Made by a program: the position numbers and the translations under genes. From Pseudomonadota bacterium (GTDB taxonomy: Bacteria > Desulfobacterota > JADFVX01), in the NCBI GenBank assembly GCA_015222755.1, contig JADFVX010000075.1, positions 1 to 37,797 of the forward strand: 37,797 bases of DNA, read 5' to 3'. The notes below the pieces were generated by a model. That model had not been told where the DNA came from. It saw only the letters and a list, made by a program, of their open reading frames with translations, and did not search any database. Below, one piece after another: positions 1 through 9,980 of this stretch. Position 1 is the first letter of the stretch, and every line of letters begins with the position of its first letter.

Positions 1-90
1 ATCTAAGATGATGCCTGCAAGCAAGTGGAGAAAGGACCAGTGCTTAGCAATTACAATCAAAGAGATAACCGCATTTAGCCGGTTAATCAC
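1..90 (-). CDS. Possible 5' end of the next gene of the cluster (partial, runs off window)
   Basis: GTG at 88-90, just after the permease stop; frame open to the window edge (VINRLNAVISLIVIAKHWSFLHLLAGIILD). No motif; only 30 codons visible. Confidence 0.25.
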   Translation of the reverse strand, partial: MINRLNAVISLIVIAKHWSFLHLLAGIILD

Positions 91-98
91 TGCCTCTA

Positions 99-899
99 TC
101 AATACTGTCCAAGTGTTCCCGAAACCTTTGCACGCTGTGTGGCCACCGTAAAGGTCCACAGTCCCAATGGGAACAGAATCAGAGCAAAGAGCATCAAGGC
201 AGTTAGTTCTGGTAGGAGCTCCATAGGGCTTGCGCCCAAGAGGATCGCTTTGCGGATTCCGGCCAGTGCGTGCGTGAACGGGAAAAACTGGGCAACAGTT
301 TGCAATGGTGCCGGCAGAACACTTATCGGATACAGAACGCCACTTAAGACAACCGTTGCGCCTGTGAGGATCGTGGTTGCGATCTCGCCGCGCTTGATGG
401 TCAGTGTGAGACTTGCTGTCAGAATCCCGAGTGCTGCGAAACTCAGGATGGCAAGGGACATAGACAGTAAAAACGATAGAATGTTAGCGTGGCTCAAATC
501 GAGCCCGAAAAACAAGCCTGTTAACAAGTAGACCATGAACCGTAAGGATGTAAATACGTAACCCCAAAGGGAAGAATAGAGAAGGATGACTGAAACCGGC
601 GTCGGCGAAAGCATAACGATCTCAAGGGTACCCATCATCTGGTGTTCCCGGATGCTCGTGTTAAAAGAGGAGAGGCTGATCGTCGTATAGTCCTGGAATG
701 CTATGCCGAGCAGGAGAAACGGGAAATACACTCCGCCGTATGGCTTGAGGGAGGCAGATTCGGCACCTCCGAAGACCTGGGTGACATAGAAAAGAACCGG
801 CACAAAAAAGGCGATCCCGACCAGCTCTATCACTAAAGCGCCACGGTAGCTGATTTTCAGCAGGAAATCCCTACGTATAAAGGCCCAAGCCAAACGCAT
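99..899 (-). CDS. ABC-2 type transporter permease
   Basis: 266 aa with about 6 hydrophobic segments; 'REHQMMGTLEIVMLSP' and 'LSGVLYPISVLPAPLQTVAQFFPFTH' are typical ABC-2 membrane motifs; 1-bp overlap with the ATPase gene. Confidence 0.9.
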   Translation of the reverse strand: MRLAWAFIRRDFLLKISYRGALVIELVGIAFFVPVLFYVTQVFGGAESASLKPYGGVYFPFLLLGIAFQDYTTISLSSFNTSIREHQMMGTLEIVMLSPTPVSVILLYSSLWGYVFTSLRFMVYLLTGLFFGLDLSHANILSFLLSMSLAILSFAALGILTASLTLTIKRGEIATTILTGATVVLSGVLYPISVLPAPLQTVAQFFPFTHALAGIRKAILLGASPMELLPELTALMLFALILFPLGLWTFTVATQRAKVSGTLGQY

Positions 900-1909
900 T
901 ACAGCTTACCTCCAGTGGAAGATGAGATAATACGGCTGAATATCTCCTGTAGTGAAGCGGACACCTCACTACAGTGTGTGACCTCGCCACCACCGGAGAG
1001 TAAGGTGCGGAGGACATCCGATATAACACCGTTCCTACCGCTTAGCGTTATTTCAAGATGGGTAATCCCTTCGTGTCGTGAACTTTGGACCCCTACGATA
1101 TCTCTCATTCCCTCAATTACCTCCAGGCAACCTGGCTGAAGTTTGCTTACTATGAGCCTATACGACTTGTCCGTTGAGACGCTCTGACTGAGTTCATAAA
1201 TTGTTCCGCAGTGAAGGATCCTGGAGCGGCCCATAATGGCAACCTTGGTGCACAACTGCTCTATCTCCTTCATGTTGTGCGAGGTCATTATGACCGTGGG
1301 ACTCCATAAGGCCATGATCCGCTCCCGGATCAGGTGGATAAGTTCAGTTGATGCGAGTGGATCAAGCCCTTTGGTTGGCTCGTCCATAAAGATAACACTC
1401 GGCCGGTGCAGCAGCCCTCTGGCGAAAGCAAAACGTTGGCGGATACCGGTAGAGTAGCTATCGAACCTGCGATCAGCGTAGGGCCGGAGGTCTAAGACGT
1501 CAAGCAGCTCTTCTATCCAACTTTCGCTTTCCCGATGGGAAATATGATAAAGGTTGGAGAAGAAATGCAGGTTCTGTCTTCCCGTTAACCGCCAGTAAAA
1601 GCTGCGCTCGTTACTTGTTACAAGTCCGACAAACCGCCGGACATCTGAAGCCTCCGTCAACACATCCTTATCACCTACCCACGCCGAACCAGATGTGGGA
1701 ATAATGAGCGTACAGAGGATATTAATGAGGGTCGTCTTGCCGGCCCCGTTCGGCCCCACCAGTCCCAATATCTCGCCCTTATCTACAGTCAGTGATACAC
1801 GATCGAGCGCAACGACCTCTTCGGTGTTCTTCCGTTCTCTATGGAACGATGAGAAGAGGGCGGTATTGGGGTAGACCTTGACAACATCCTTTAACTCAAT
1901 AGCCTTCAT
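899..1909 (-). CDS. ABC transporter ATP-binding protein (ABC-2/DrrA-like exporter)
   Basis: Walker A GPNGAGKTT, signature YSTGIRQR, Walker B IFMDEP, H-loop TSH. Confidence 0.95.
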   Translation of the reverse strand: MKAIELKDVVKVYPNTALFSSFHRERKNTEEVVALDRVSLTVDKGEILGLVGPNGAGKTTLINILCTLIIPTSGSAWVGDKDVLTEASDVRRFVGLVTSNERSFYWRLTGRQNLHFFSNLYHISHRESESWIEELLDVLDLRPYADRRFDSYSTGIRQRFAFARGLLHRPSVIFMDEPTKGLDPLASTELIHLIRERIMALWSPTVIMTSHNMKEIEQLCTKVAIMGRSRILHCGTIYELSQSVSTDKSYRLIVSKLQPGCLEVIEGMRDIVGVQSSRHEGITHLEITLSGRNGVISDVLRTLLSGGGEVTHCSEVSASLQEIFSRIISSSTGGKL

Positions 1910-2047
1910 TAAACTCCCTTATATTCAACCTGTTTCACAATAACAGCTGTTCAACTTGGCGTCTGATGCCATCATCACATTTTGCGGTCTGTAAATAGCA
2001 TCGTTCACCGGCTATACCATGTGTATTTCTGTCACAATCCCTCAACT

Positions 2048-3238
2048 TCATGAGGAGGGTTCCGGTACGTAGCTGTCACTGCCGTTGACGACCTGCTCAT
2101 ACACCGCCTCTGTAAGCTCGGCATACCGGTCCCATGAGTACAGCTCGGCGGTCTCTCTACATCTTTTACCTATACTCTTACCCAACTCTGGATTCTCCAT
2201 GAGAGTGCGGATCCTCTCTGCCATCTCATTGACATCCCACGGGCAGCCAACGACAAAACCGTTATGGCCATCCCGTATCACCTCGTCTCCGAATGCGACA
2301 GTTCGCGCAGTAACAACGGGAAGCCCTGATGCCATAGCTTCCAAAACAACAAGCCCAAACGATTCATACAAACTTGGAAAAAGCAGCGCATCGACCGCAC
2401 CGTAGTAACGCCAAACCTCCCGGTCCTGGCCGACAAATACAACACGACGTGACAGCATTAGACCTTCAAGCAAATCCTGAGAACCGGGAATACTTTTGGG
2501 GTCTCCGGCCCCAACAACAACAAGGACTGCCTTCTCAGGAAGGCGGGCAATGGTCTCTATAGCATAACGGACGCCTTTATAACGGAAATCGTTCCCGATA
2601 AAGAGGAGAAGAAACTGGTCATCTCGAAATCCGAGATCGGCCCTTGTCCTCTTCCGCCACTGCTTAACCAACTGTGGATGGAAAAGATCAAGGTCAACCC
2701 CGTTGGGAATGACCGGAACCTCCTCTGGCTGCCGCCGACTAAAGCTGACGACTTCCTGCCGTACCCGCTCTGTTACGGCTGTAATCAATGTCTTTCGGTG
2801 CAAAATGTGATAACTAAACAGCAGTAGCTGTATGTAGTCGATAAGTATCCGCCGATACAAAACGTCCCTGCGCGGTCTGCTCGGGAAGCGCCGCATGCTC
2901 CGGAAGGCTGACAGAAAAACACCGTGAGAGGTAAGCACCTGCGCCGGTAACAACACAGGAGCATGAAGGTGGACCACGTCAAAGCACTCACGTTTCACCT
3001 CTGTGCGAACCCGTAGAATGAACTCACACTCAGCCGGATATTGTCGACGAAAGCGCAAATCTATCTTGTGAACGTTGACTCCTTCCGGAGGTGATTGCTC
3101 AAAGGCACTGGCAAATATATGAACCTCATGGCTGGAAACCAGACGGTTTGCCAACTCCACTACGCACCGACTGACGCCCTCATACGTATTATAGCTCCAT
3201 GTCACCAGTGCAATCTTCACCGGCGTTTTTCCCTGCAC
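2048..3238 (-). CDS. Glycosyltransferase family 4 (GT-B)
   Basis: EX7E motif ESFGLVVLEAMASGLPVV, 'VIPNGVD', 'KG' motif, C-terminal 'YSW...Y'; GTG start. Confidence 0.93.
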   Translation of the reverse strand: MQGKTPVKIALVTWSYNTYEGVSRCVVELANRLVSSHEVHIFASAFEQSPPEGVNVHKIDLRFRRQYPAECEFILRVRTEVKRECFDVVHLHAPVLLPAQVLTSHGVFLSAFRSMRRFPSRPRRDVLYRRILIDYIQLLLFSYHILHRKTLITAVTERVRQEVVSFSRRQPEEVPVIPNGVDLDLFHPQLVKQWRKRTRADLGFRDDQFLLLFIGNDFRYKGVRYAIETIARLPEKAVLVVVGAGDPKSIPGSQDLLEGLMLSRRVVFVGQDREVWRYYGAVDALLFPSLYESFGLVVLEAMASGLPVVTARTVAFGDEVIRDGHNGFVVGCPWDVNEMAERIRTLMENPELGKSIGKRCRETAELYSWDRYAELTEAVYEQVVNGSDSYVPEPSS

Positions 3239-4473
3239 TGAACAGATCCATCATCTCCACCAGATATTACGCGCTTTAGGCGATGGTAAACCAGTCGCAC
3301 CAAAGCCGTCAAACCGCCCTCTGACGCTACTGAGAGGGCCTTATGGACTCTTGGCAACCTTCGCTCCATCCACGGAAGCAAGACAAAAAAGAACCATCGT
3401 AAATAAAATGCATGCAAAGACCGTTTTGACACAACAAGTCGCGTGTTTTGCCGCGCATCCGTTGTCCAGTCGCCCTTATAGGTCTCATCGCCTCGGAGAA
3501 AATCTATTTCGTCATCCCCGGAAAGCCAGTAATGCTCGAGCATACGTAACATTAGAAGCTTCCCCACCCCTAATTCTCTAAACTCATCAAGATATGAAGA
3601 CATGTAAGTGTAATGTCGCCTGTTATACCGGAACCCGAGGTAATAGGCGACTGCCCTACCGTCACACTCCATGAGGGCTATATTCAGCCATCCAAGCATC
3701 GCAAATTGTGGAAAAACATCCTCGAAAAACTTCCTATATGCATCCGTATTGAGTTGTCCCGGACGACCTCGTTTGACATCCGGATGATGTCGTTCCATTT
3801 CTGCCATTATATCAAGTAACCCTGGTTCATCTTCAAGAGATGTCACGAACCGAAGGCGTATATCTCCTCCAGCTTTTAGATTGCGCCATTCACGTTTATG
3901 CTCTTTCCTCCTTCGGTTTTTGAAACGGCTTTTGTAGTAATCCTCCCAGTCACCCTCTATGTGAATAAATCTACAGATATTATCTAACCCCATAGATCGT
4001 GCGAAACCAGCATTTTCAATAAGCCCCTCAAGAACAGACCTATTTGGTGAAGCACCATAAAAATCTCTTAGCTCGATCATGTCCCACTCAACGGTGTAAC
4101 CGGCGAGATGCCGGACAATATTCTGAAGCATCGCGTCTCTGCTCTCTGCAATGATGAAATCAGAGTAGTCCGAGACCCCGTGTCCCAAAAACCGCACTAT
4201 GCGTGCCGATATACCTAAGAACCTTTCTTCTTCTATAAAGAAGGGGGCAATTCCACAGAGCCTTCCTCGTATGCGCAGCGCAAGCACAAAGAGTTCAGAT
4301 CGTTTAAGAGAACTCTGAGGGCGGCCGAAGTGGCGCCACCAGTACGCGACCCACTCATGAGTCATGAAGAGCATGTTGCTATCACTCCGCTCAAGCAGTT
4401 CGTTCCAATCGTTCTTAAGAGACAATAGATTCTCTTCGCTACGCACCTCTTCTACAACAATATCTTCCGCCAT
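3217..4473 (-). CDS. GNAT family N-acyltransferase (CelD/BcsL-like, Acetyltransf_6)
   Basis: N-terminal 'LKNDWNELL...FMTHEW..WW.HF', 'GIAPF', 'SDYSDFI', 'WEDY', C-terminal 'GVGKLL...IDFLRGDETYKGDW'. Confidence 0.85.
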   Translation of the reverse strand: MAEDIVVEEVRSEENLLSLKNDWNELLERSDSNMLFMTHEWVAYWWRHFGRPQSSLKRSELFVLALRIRGRLCGIAPFFIEEERFLGISARIVRFLGHGVSDYSDFIIAESRDAMLQNIVRHLAGYTVEWDMIELRDFYGASPNRSVLEGLIENAGFARSMGLDNICRFIHIEGDWEDYYKSRFKNRRRKEHKREWRNLKAGGDIRLRFVTSLEDEPGLLDIMAEMERHHPDVKRGRPGQLNTDAYRKFFEDVFPQFAMLGWLNIALMECDGRAVAYYLGFRYNRRHYTYMSSYLDEFRELGVGKLLMLRMLEHYWLSGDDEIDFLRGDETYKGDWTTDARQNTRLVVSKRSLHAFYLRWFFFVLLPWMERRLPRVHKALSVASEGGLTALVRLVYHRLKRVISGGDDGSVQCREKRR

Positions 4474-4570
4474 TATGGCCTCAAGCTCGTCGGTCCTGGA
4501 TCTCTACCTTTATCGGACAGCATATCGTTAGCAGCACATCTATATAAAATTGTCTTCCTATAGGAGATAG

Positions 4571-6538
4571 TCAAAGAGAGCACAGTATCTCCAGATTCCT
4601 ATCGTTTTGCTCAGGGCGGGCGATCGGGAATATAATATAGCGATCCTTTAACACCCCTCTGGATAAAAAGATTCCTTCTTCTTCAAATGCGCTATAGACC
4701 TTCTCCGGCGGTATCGGGGTCTCTACCAGCATGAAATGAATCTCGCTCGGAAGATAGTCAAGTCCCGCTGAGGCCAAGCGCTTCTGGATGCGCACCCTCT
4801 CCCGATTCGTATTCTCTAATATCCGGGTTGCATACTCCTTGTCTTCGAGAGCAAGAATGGCCGCCGACTCTGCAATAGGCGACAAGGCAAAAAGTGGCTC
4901 AAGCCGATTAAAAAGTTGTAACGCCTTTGGTGAAGCAAAAGCATAACCAATTCGCAAAGCAGCTAGTCCGTAAAATTTAGAGAATGTTCTTAATCCGATA
5001 ACAAGCCGGTCGGTTTCACCTATTATCTCATTAGTACGCAAGGTTTGTGGGTTTGTACTAAACTCGATATATGCCTCATCCACTACAACGGGGATATGCG
5101 CCGGAATGCGTTGAAGAAAATGCATAAATTCATCCCTGTCTATACCGACACCCAGCGGATTGCTGGGATTTATAAGATAGATTAGACGTGTATTAACAGT
5201 GATTTCCCCTGCCATAGTGTCAAGATCAAAATGAAACCTCCCATTGGTCTTTTTAAATGGGACACTGCGATTCACCACACCTAAAGCGGCACAGTATCGA
5301 TCAAACATGAACCATCCTGGGGCAGTAGTAAGAGCCTCTTTGCCTGGAGGAACAAAGGTCCGGACAGCACGTTCAACCAACTCTGAAGACCCGTTTCCAA
5401 AAGTAAAACAATCCTCTGAAATTTCAAGGTGTTCGCTCAGTTTTTTTCTGAGTGATGGATATCGCTCATCAGGATAACGCGCAAAGTTGGCATCATTTGC
5501 CATACGAGTCAAAAGACCACGAACACTTTCAGGCATCCCATAACAATTCTCAGCTCGGTCAAAGCAAACGATATCAGGATCAAGCCGATTTATGACTTTA
5601 TCGTCTTTCTTAAGAGGTGGAAAAACCATACGATCCAGCATTGTGAGAGGACTTGTCAATATTGTCTCTATTTCTCTATCTTTCTCTAACCCCCAAGCTG
5701 ACAGAATCCGTCCATGGATCTGGATTCCCGGTACTGAAGCCATATAGAGAAACAGAGGAACCACTGTCTCAGGTGGTGAAAGGGTCAGAAAATAATCCAG
5801 TGAAAAAAACGATTTTGACATTTCGGTTTGCAATGAGCCAAGCTCAATACCCGCTACAGTTATGTTGTTCCATCCTGCATCAAGCGCCGTAGTACTTGTC
5901 AAAGATTCAAGTCCACATTTACTCACAATGTAAGGGGACATTTTCGGCATTTGTGTATGAGTTGCTCCTGTAGAAACATTAATAATACGTCCTGAAACTC
6001 CATTGTTCATCATCCAGGTAGCAACTAATCTTGAGCAGAGAAAAGCCCCGGTAATGTTGACTGCCATTACTTCCCGCCACTCTTTGGGTGTTATCTCCCA
6101 TACATGGCTCTTGCATGGGCCCAGTAAAGCCGCATTGTTAATTAATATATCAATTCTGTCAAACTCTCTAATGGCCGTGTCAACCAACTGCTGTGCACCC
6201 GCATCTTCAGAAATGTCTGCACATATGCCGGTTGCAGTACCTCCTGCCTTTCTTATTTCCTGAACAGCCTGATCCACAGCACCTTTAGACCGTCCGTTCA
6301 CGACAACCTTGGCCTTTGCATCAGCAAAGGACTTGGCAACGGCCAAACCTACACCTCTGGTAGATCCCGTTATAACAACAACTTGCCCACTAATATCCTT
6401 CCGGGATGTATCTTCCTTAATATGTTTAAGTACCTTGGTAATTTCATCTGGTTCAATTAGACGCGTCCACAGATGTAGTACTCGGCTTACAACACGTCTT
6501 ATTATCCAGCTAAGCTTTCTAGTAATCCTATTACTCAT
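4571..6538 (-). CDS. Fusion: short-chain dehydrogenase/reductase + HisC-like PLP-dependent class I/II aminotransferase
   Basis: SDR: TGSTRGVG, NNAA, YIVSK (YxxxK). Aminotransferase: GNGSSE, NPSNP, DEAY, RTFSKFYGLAALRIGY with the PLP lysine. Single uninterrupted 655-aa frame. Confidence 0.88.
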   Translation of the reverse strand: MSNRITRKLSWIIRRVVSRVLHLWTRLIEPDEITKVLKHIKEDTSRKDISGQVVVITGSTRGVGLAVAKSFADAKAKVVVNGRSKGAVDQAVQEIRKAGGTATGICADISEDAGAQQLVDTAIREFDRIDILINNAALLGPCKSHVWEITPKEWREVMAVNITGAFLCSRLVATWMMNNGVSGRIINVSTGATHTQMPKMSPYIVSKCGLESLTSTTALDAGWNNITVAGIELGSLQTEMSKSFFSLDYFLTLSPPETVVPLFLYMASVPGIQIHGRILSAWGLEKDREIETILTSPLTMLDRMVFPPLKKDDKVINRLDPDIVCFDRAENCYGMPESVRGLLTRMANDANFARYPDERYPSLRKKLSEHLEISEDCFTFGNGSSELVERAVRTFVPPGKEALTTAPGWFMFDRYCAALGVVNRSVPFKKTNGRFHFDLDTMAGEITVNTRLIYLINPSNPLGVGIDRDEFMHFLQRIPAHIPVVVDEAYIEFSTNPQTLRTNEIIGETDRLVIGLRTFSKFYGLAALRIGYAFASPKALQLFNRLEPLFALSPIAESAAILALEDKEYATRILENTNRERVRIQKRLASAGLDYLPSEIHFMLVETPIPPEKVYSAFEEEGIFLSRGVLKDRYIIFPIARPEQNDRNLEILCSL

Positions 6539-6580
6539 AATACTTTTCCTTATTCTAATTTTGGGTAAAACCAGCCTTAC
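6490..6580. repeat. Copy A of a diverged ~90-bp direct repeat (GNAT 3' end / SDR-aminotransferase 5' end junction)
   Basis: Hand alignment to 10169-10257 gives about 70/90 identities with a 2-nt gap and a shared exact core TAGTAATCCTATTACTC. Confidence 0.8.
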
Positions 6581-7724
6581 GATAACCTTGTATTTTTCTT
6601 TTTATCTCTTCAAAACAGTTAATTATACTTGAATACAAATGATTGTTATAAACCACAAGCTGTTCAAACCCTCTTATCTCAGATGCCCATCTTTCAGAGA
6701 ACATGATACGCCCAACAAAATCCAAGCCGTTCAACTCACTTTCCCATATATCTTTAAAGATATGAGCAATGAGCGTTGAACCAGGTGAACAGGCATTTGA
6801 AGCAAACTTTTCTTTAGAAGATGTTTTAATCGTATATAAAGTCCTATCATCACGTAGGCATAGAAAAGCTGAAGCGGGTTCCCCTGAAACCCGCAGAACC
6901 CATATCTGACAGTGGCTCTTCTTAACACACTGCCTTGCCAGATCCGCATAGTAAGCGCCTATCGTTGTATTTAAGGCAAGGCTTTCTCCGGCCCTTGCTT
7001 TCCAACTTTCACCATCGATCTCCATGAACAGCCGTAATCCAATATCGATTGTCTCAGGCTTATCAAAACACTCCACCCTTAAAGCCCCCATAATTTCAAG
7101 AGAACGCTCCGAACGACGCATCTGCTGACGAAAATTCCTGCTCTTTTGTGCAAGATACTGTTCCCATGTTCCATCAAAAGCAATGTATGAATGATGCCAA
7201 GGTGAACTCTCGTAAGTCTTTAACCCCATTCGAGTAATTTCATTGCGAAATGCAGCTATAACTCCAGATCTTTGGGAAATACCATCCAGCAGCATGACAT
7301 CCCAAGCTTTGCTCTTTGATAAAAAGTTAACTATAGCAGCAATTGCTTCCTTGGGGTTACATGTCAGTACGATTCCACTACGCGGTGCATGACTGTTCAG
7401 TGGAGGCGCCAGTATCCGTGCCGGACATCTTCTCCATTGCCCCCTAAGCAAAATCAATGGAGCAATACCTATAAGCTCGCCTTTATCCCGCACCAATATA
7501 ACATGCAGGCGTGCATCCTTCCCACCGATGCCGATCAGATTGTGGTCGTCATGAAGCTCATGAGTGCTACGTTCTGTGCCATTCCCAAAGTGTTCCCACC
7601 AGTTCAGGAACCAATCAAAGCTTGTAAAGATATCAGCGGTAGAATCCTTTATCCAAAGAGTTTCCCAAGCCTCCTCCAAGGCCCGCAACCCATCCATGGT
7701 TTCGATCAACTCAACATTTAACAT
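6555..7724 (-). CDS. GNAT family N-acyltransferase (CelD/BcsL-like, Acetyltransf_6)
   Basis: 'LEEAWETLW..IFTSFDWFLNWWEHFG', 'GIAPL', 'WEQYLAQKSRNFRQQMRR', 'SWK', 'SPGSTL'; paralog of 3217..4473. Confidence 0.85.
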   Translation of the reverse strand: MLNVELIETMDGLRALEEAWETLWIKDSTADIFTSFDWFLNWWEHFGNGTERSTHELHDDHNLIGIGGKDARLHVILVRDKGELIGIAPLILLRGQWRRCPARILAPPLNSHAPRSGIVLTCNPKEAIAAIVNFLSKSKAWDVMLLDGISQRSGVIAAFRNEITRMGLKTYESSPWHHSYIAFDGTWEQYLAQKSRNFRQQMRRSERSLEIMGALRVECFDKPETIDIGLRLFMEIDGESWKARAGESLALNTTIGAYYADLARQCVKKSHCQIWVLRVSGEPASAFLCLRDDRTLYTIKTSSKEKFASNACSPGSTLIAHIFKDIWESELNGLDFVGRIMFSERWASEIRGFEQLVVYNNHLYSSIINCFEEIKRKIQGYRKAGFTQN

Positions 7725-7883
7725 ACTAATACCTTCCCGAATGCTGTGACCATAGCCAATGGTGAAGTTCTCAACTTAACCTTGTTTGAATCCTCGGAGC
7801 AAGTTTCAAAGAACCATTCTTCCTCTCACTACTAAACATACAATACGTCGCAGCGCATATGATCTTATAAATTGCACACCCCA

Positions 7884-9980
7884 TTAAAAGGCCGTTTCTT
7901 TTTTAACGTCATTTTCAACTTTATACAAGAGTCCTATAACGCACCAAAGTGTCTTTGTTAATAGAGCAGTTCCAAGAGATTCATATATATGGGAGACTTT
8001 CTCATATATTAAGGTCACCGCTGTCTTTAATAGACTTTTCGATTGAATAACCCTCTTTAAAAAGCTTCGTAATTTATTTGAATGCCTATACGTCAATGTT
8101 CCTGCCGGGCAAACTTGAAGAAAGTTCTTGTAAGCATTTGTTGGATAAACCGCTAAACTAAGGTACTTCCCACTAACATTCATTATAAGCCGCTTATCAA
8201 TAAGTCTTTGTATCGATAATTTGAGATCACTTTCTGCCACATCTGCCTTGAAATAATCAAGTATTTTAGAGAGTTTTTGTGCTTTGTCACAATATTCATA
8301 AATACTGCGGTCAATACCGGTTAAACGGATCCATATTTGTTGACGACAAGATCGAGTGTCTATTATGATCAAGCTTTTCTTTCTAGGGATGGCAACTAAA
8401 TGTGATCTAGGATAGGCCTTGCACCAATTGGAAGTAGTTTTTTTTAATCTCTTGAATATTTCACCTTTCAATTTTGCTTTCAAGAAATCAGATTGGTAAT
8501 AACAAGCAAGTTTTTTTAGCGATTTATATTCAAATGGATACACGTGTTTATAAGGTGTTGGTACGGAAACAGGTACTAAACCGTATTGCTCTGGGTCTTC
8601 AAAATATGGGCTGAAACGATCCAGGTGAATTACAGCTGTATTGGCAGGGGGTTGCAGGTGGTGAATCATCTCGCATATTTCGTCTATCTTTTCAGATTCG
8701 TTCTTTTCCTCAGGGAAGCCACAGAGGTGGTTCCACATAACGAAAACACCCAATTCAGTACTCCACTTAATCAATTGGATATTCTGAACAGCAGTAGTCC
8801 CTTTCTGCATAAGCTGCAGAGAATGATCACTAAGGCTTTCAATGCCCGGTTGAATCATCCTTATATTTGCCTCTGCCAACATTTTGACTTGCTCTTTAGT
8901 CAAATTAGCTTTAGTTTCACAAACAAGTTCAGCAATTGGGTTAGCTGCAAGCCGAGGAATGACTGTTTTAAAATAGTTCATATCAAGTATGCTATCAACC
9001 AACAAAACCCTGCCTATGCCATACTTTTTGACTAAATCATTCAATTCATCTAATATACGTTGCGGGGATTTACTTCTGAAGGCAATCCCTTCACCATTCA
9101 ATCCGCAAAAAGTACACTTCTTTTTTTCTCCCCACCAACAACCCCTGGAGCTTTCCATAACTAAACCAGGGACAATTTGATTTTTGAAACTGGCAGCATC
9201 AAGCTGATCAAAGTAGTCATCAAAATCTGGATAGGGCAGATCATCCAAAGTCTCACTACCGAGCGAAGTTGAAGAATCGGCAAGCGGTTGAGCCATTCTC
9301 GTAAGAATACCCGGCACGTATCGTTTACCGTCGTCATACTGTAATGACCTTAGTAGTTCCACAAATGATTTATCACCTTCACCCTGTCCAATGTAATCTA
9401 TATAGTTGAAGCATGAAAATAGTTCTTCCCCCATTTCAGACTCACAATTTCCGCCACCCATCATAGTAATGATGTTAGGATTTCTATCCTTGATCAGCTT
9501 GATTAGATAGACCGCTCCACAGTTCTGCTGAAAACTTGAGGTTACTCCAAGCACCCATGGTTGACGGGTTAATATTTTTTCAACTTCATTTTTGTAACAA
9601 TCATAAGCTTTTTTTATGAGATGAAGAACAATCTCTGAGAGACTTTTGTCGGGAAAATGTTCTATAAGTGAATGTATCTCATTATCCTCTTGAAGAACTT
9701 CCTTAACATACTGCTCCACAGCCCTTTCATTTCGTTCAAACAGCAAATGTGAAAATATAAACTCACCTAGCAACTGCCCCATAGGCTTATCAGTGATCCA
9801 TTCATGCAGGTAGGGACCAATATGCTCTGCAAAACGCAAATTCAGATAAATCAGTTCTGTCGGAAAACCTTCTTTTTCTGCCGCTGCCTTCAGCAGGCTT
9901 ACACCTAGAGATGGGCGATTTATCGAATGAAATGGCGGAATAACGAGAAAAACAGGTTTTATTTCTTCATTGTTACACAT
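7884..9980 (-). CDS. B12-binding radical SAM C-methyltransferase, RiPP-maturation family (TIGR03975/PoyC-like)
   Basis: N-terminal B12-binding region (PPF...RPSLGVSLLKA, GGGNCE, GEGD); ESSRGCWWGEKKKCTFCGLNG = CX7CX2C; ETKANL, QPGIESLS, WN..GFP.E, HLQPP, RFSPYF are family motifs recognised by eye. Confidence 0.9.
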   Translation of the reverse strand: MCNNEEIKPVFLVIPPFHSINRPSLGVSLLKAAAEKEGFPTELIYLNLRFAEHIGPYLHEWITDKPMGQLLGEFIFSHLLFERNERAVEQYVKEVLQEDNEIHSLIEHFPDKSLSEIVLHLIKKAYDCYKNEVEKILTRQPWVLGVTSSFQQNCGAVYLIKLIKDRNPNIITMMGGGNCESEMGEELFSCFNYIDYIGQGEGDKSFVELLRSLQYDDGKRYVPGILTRMAQPLADSSTSLGSETLDDLPYPDFDDYFDQLDAASFKNQIVPGLVMESSRGCWWGEKKKCTFCGLNGEGIAFRSKSPQRILDELNDLVKKYGIGRVLLVDSILDMNYFKTVIPRLAANPIAELVCETKANLTKEQVKMLAEANIRMIQPGIESLSDHSLQLMQKGTTAVQNIQLIKWSTELGVFVMWNHLCGFPEEKNESEKIDEICEMIHHLQPPANTAVIHLDRFSPYFEDPEQYGLVPVSVPTPYKHVYPFEYKSLKKLACYYQSDFLKAKLKGEIFKRLKKTTSNWCKAYPRSHLVAIPRKKSLIIIDTRSCRQQIWIRLTGIDRSIYEYCDKAQKLSKILDYFKADVAESDLKLSIQRLIDKRLIMNVSGKYLSLAVYPTNAYKNFLQVCPAGTLTYRHSNKLRSFLKRVIQSKSLLKTAVTLIYEKVSHIYESLGTALLTKTLWCVIGLLYKVENDVKKETAF

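Noticed and set aside
1910-2047. Short minus-strand frames between the GT4 and ABC ATPase genes
   Set aside because: Interrupted by stops within 7-8 codons; no recognisable peptide.
4473-4523. 16-codon ORF whose TAA overlaps the GNAT ATG
   Set aside because: Could be a gene remnant but has no motif or SD support.
4571-5600. Calling the aminotransferase domain hisC
   Set aside because: Fused to an SDR inside a glycan cluster with no his genes nearby; family membership does not establish the substrate.
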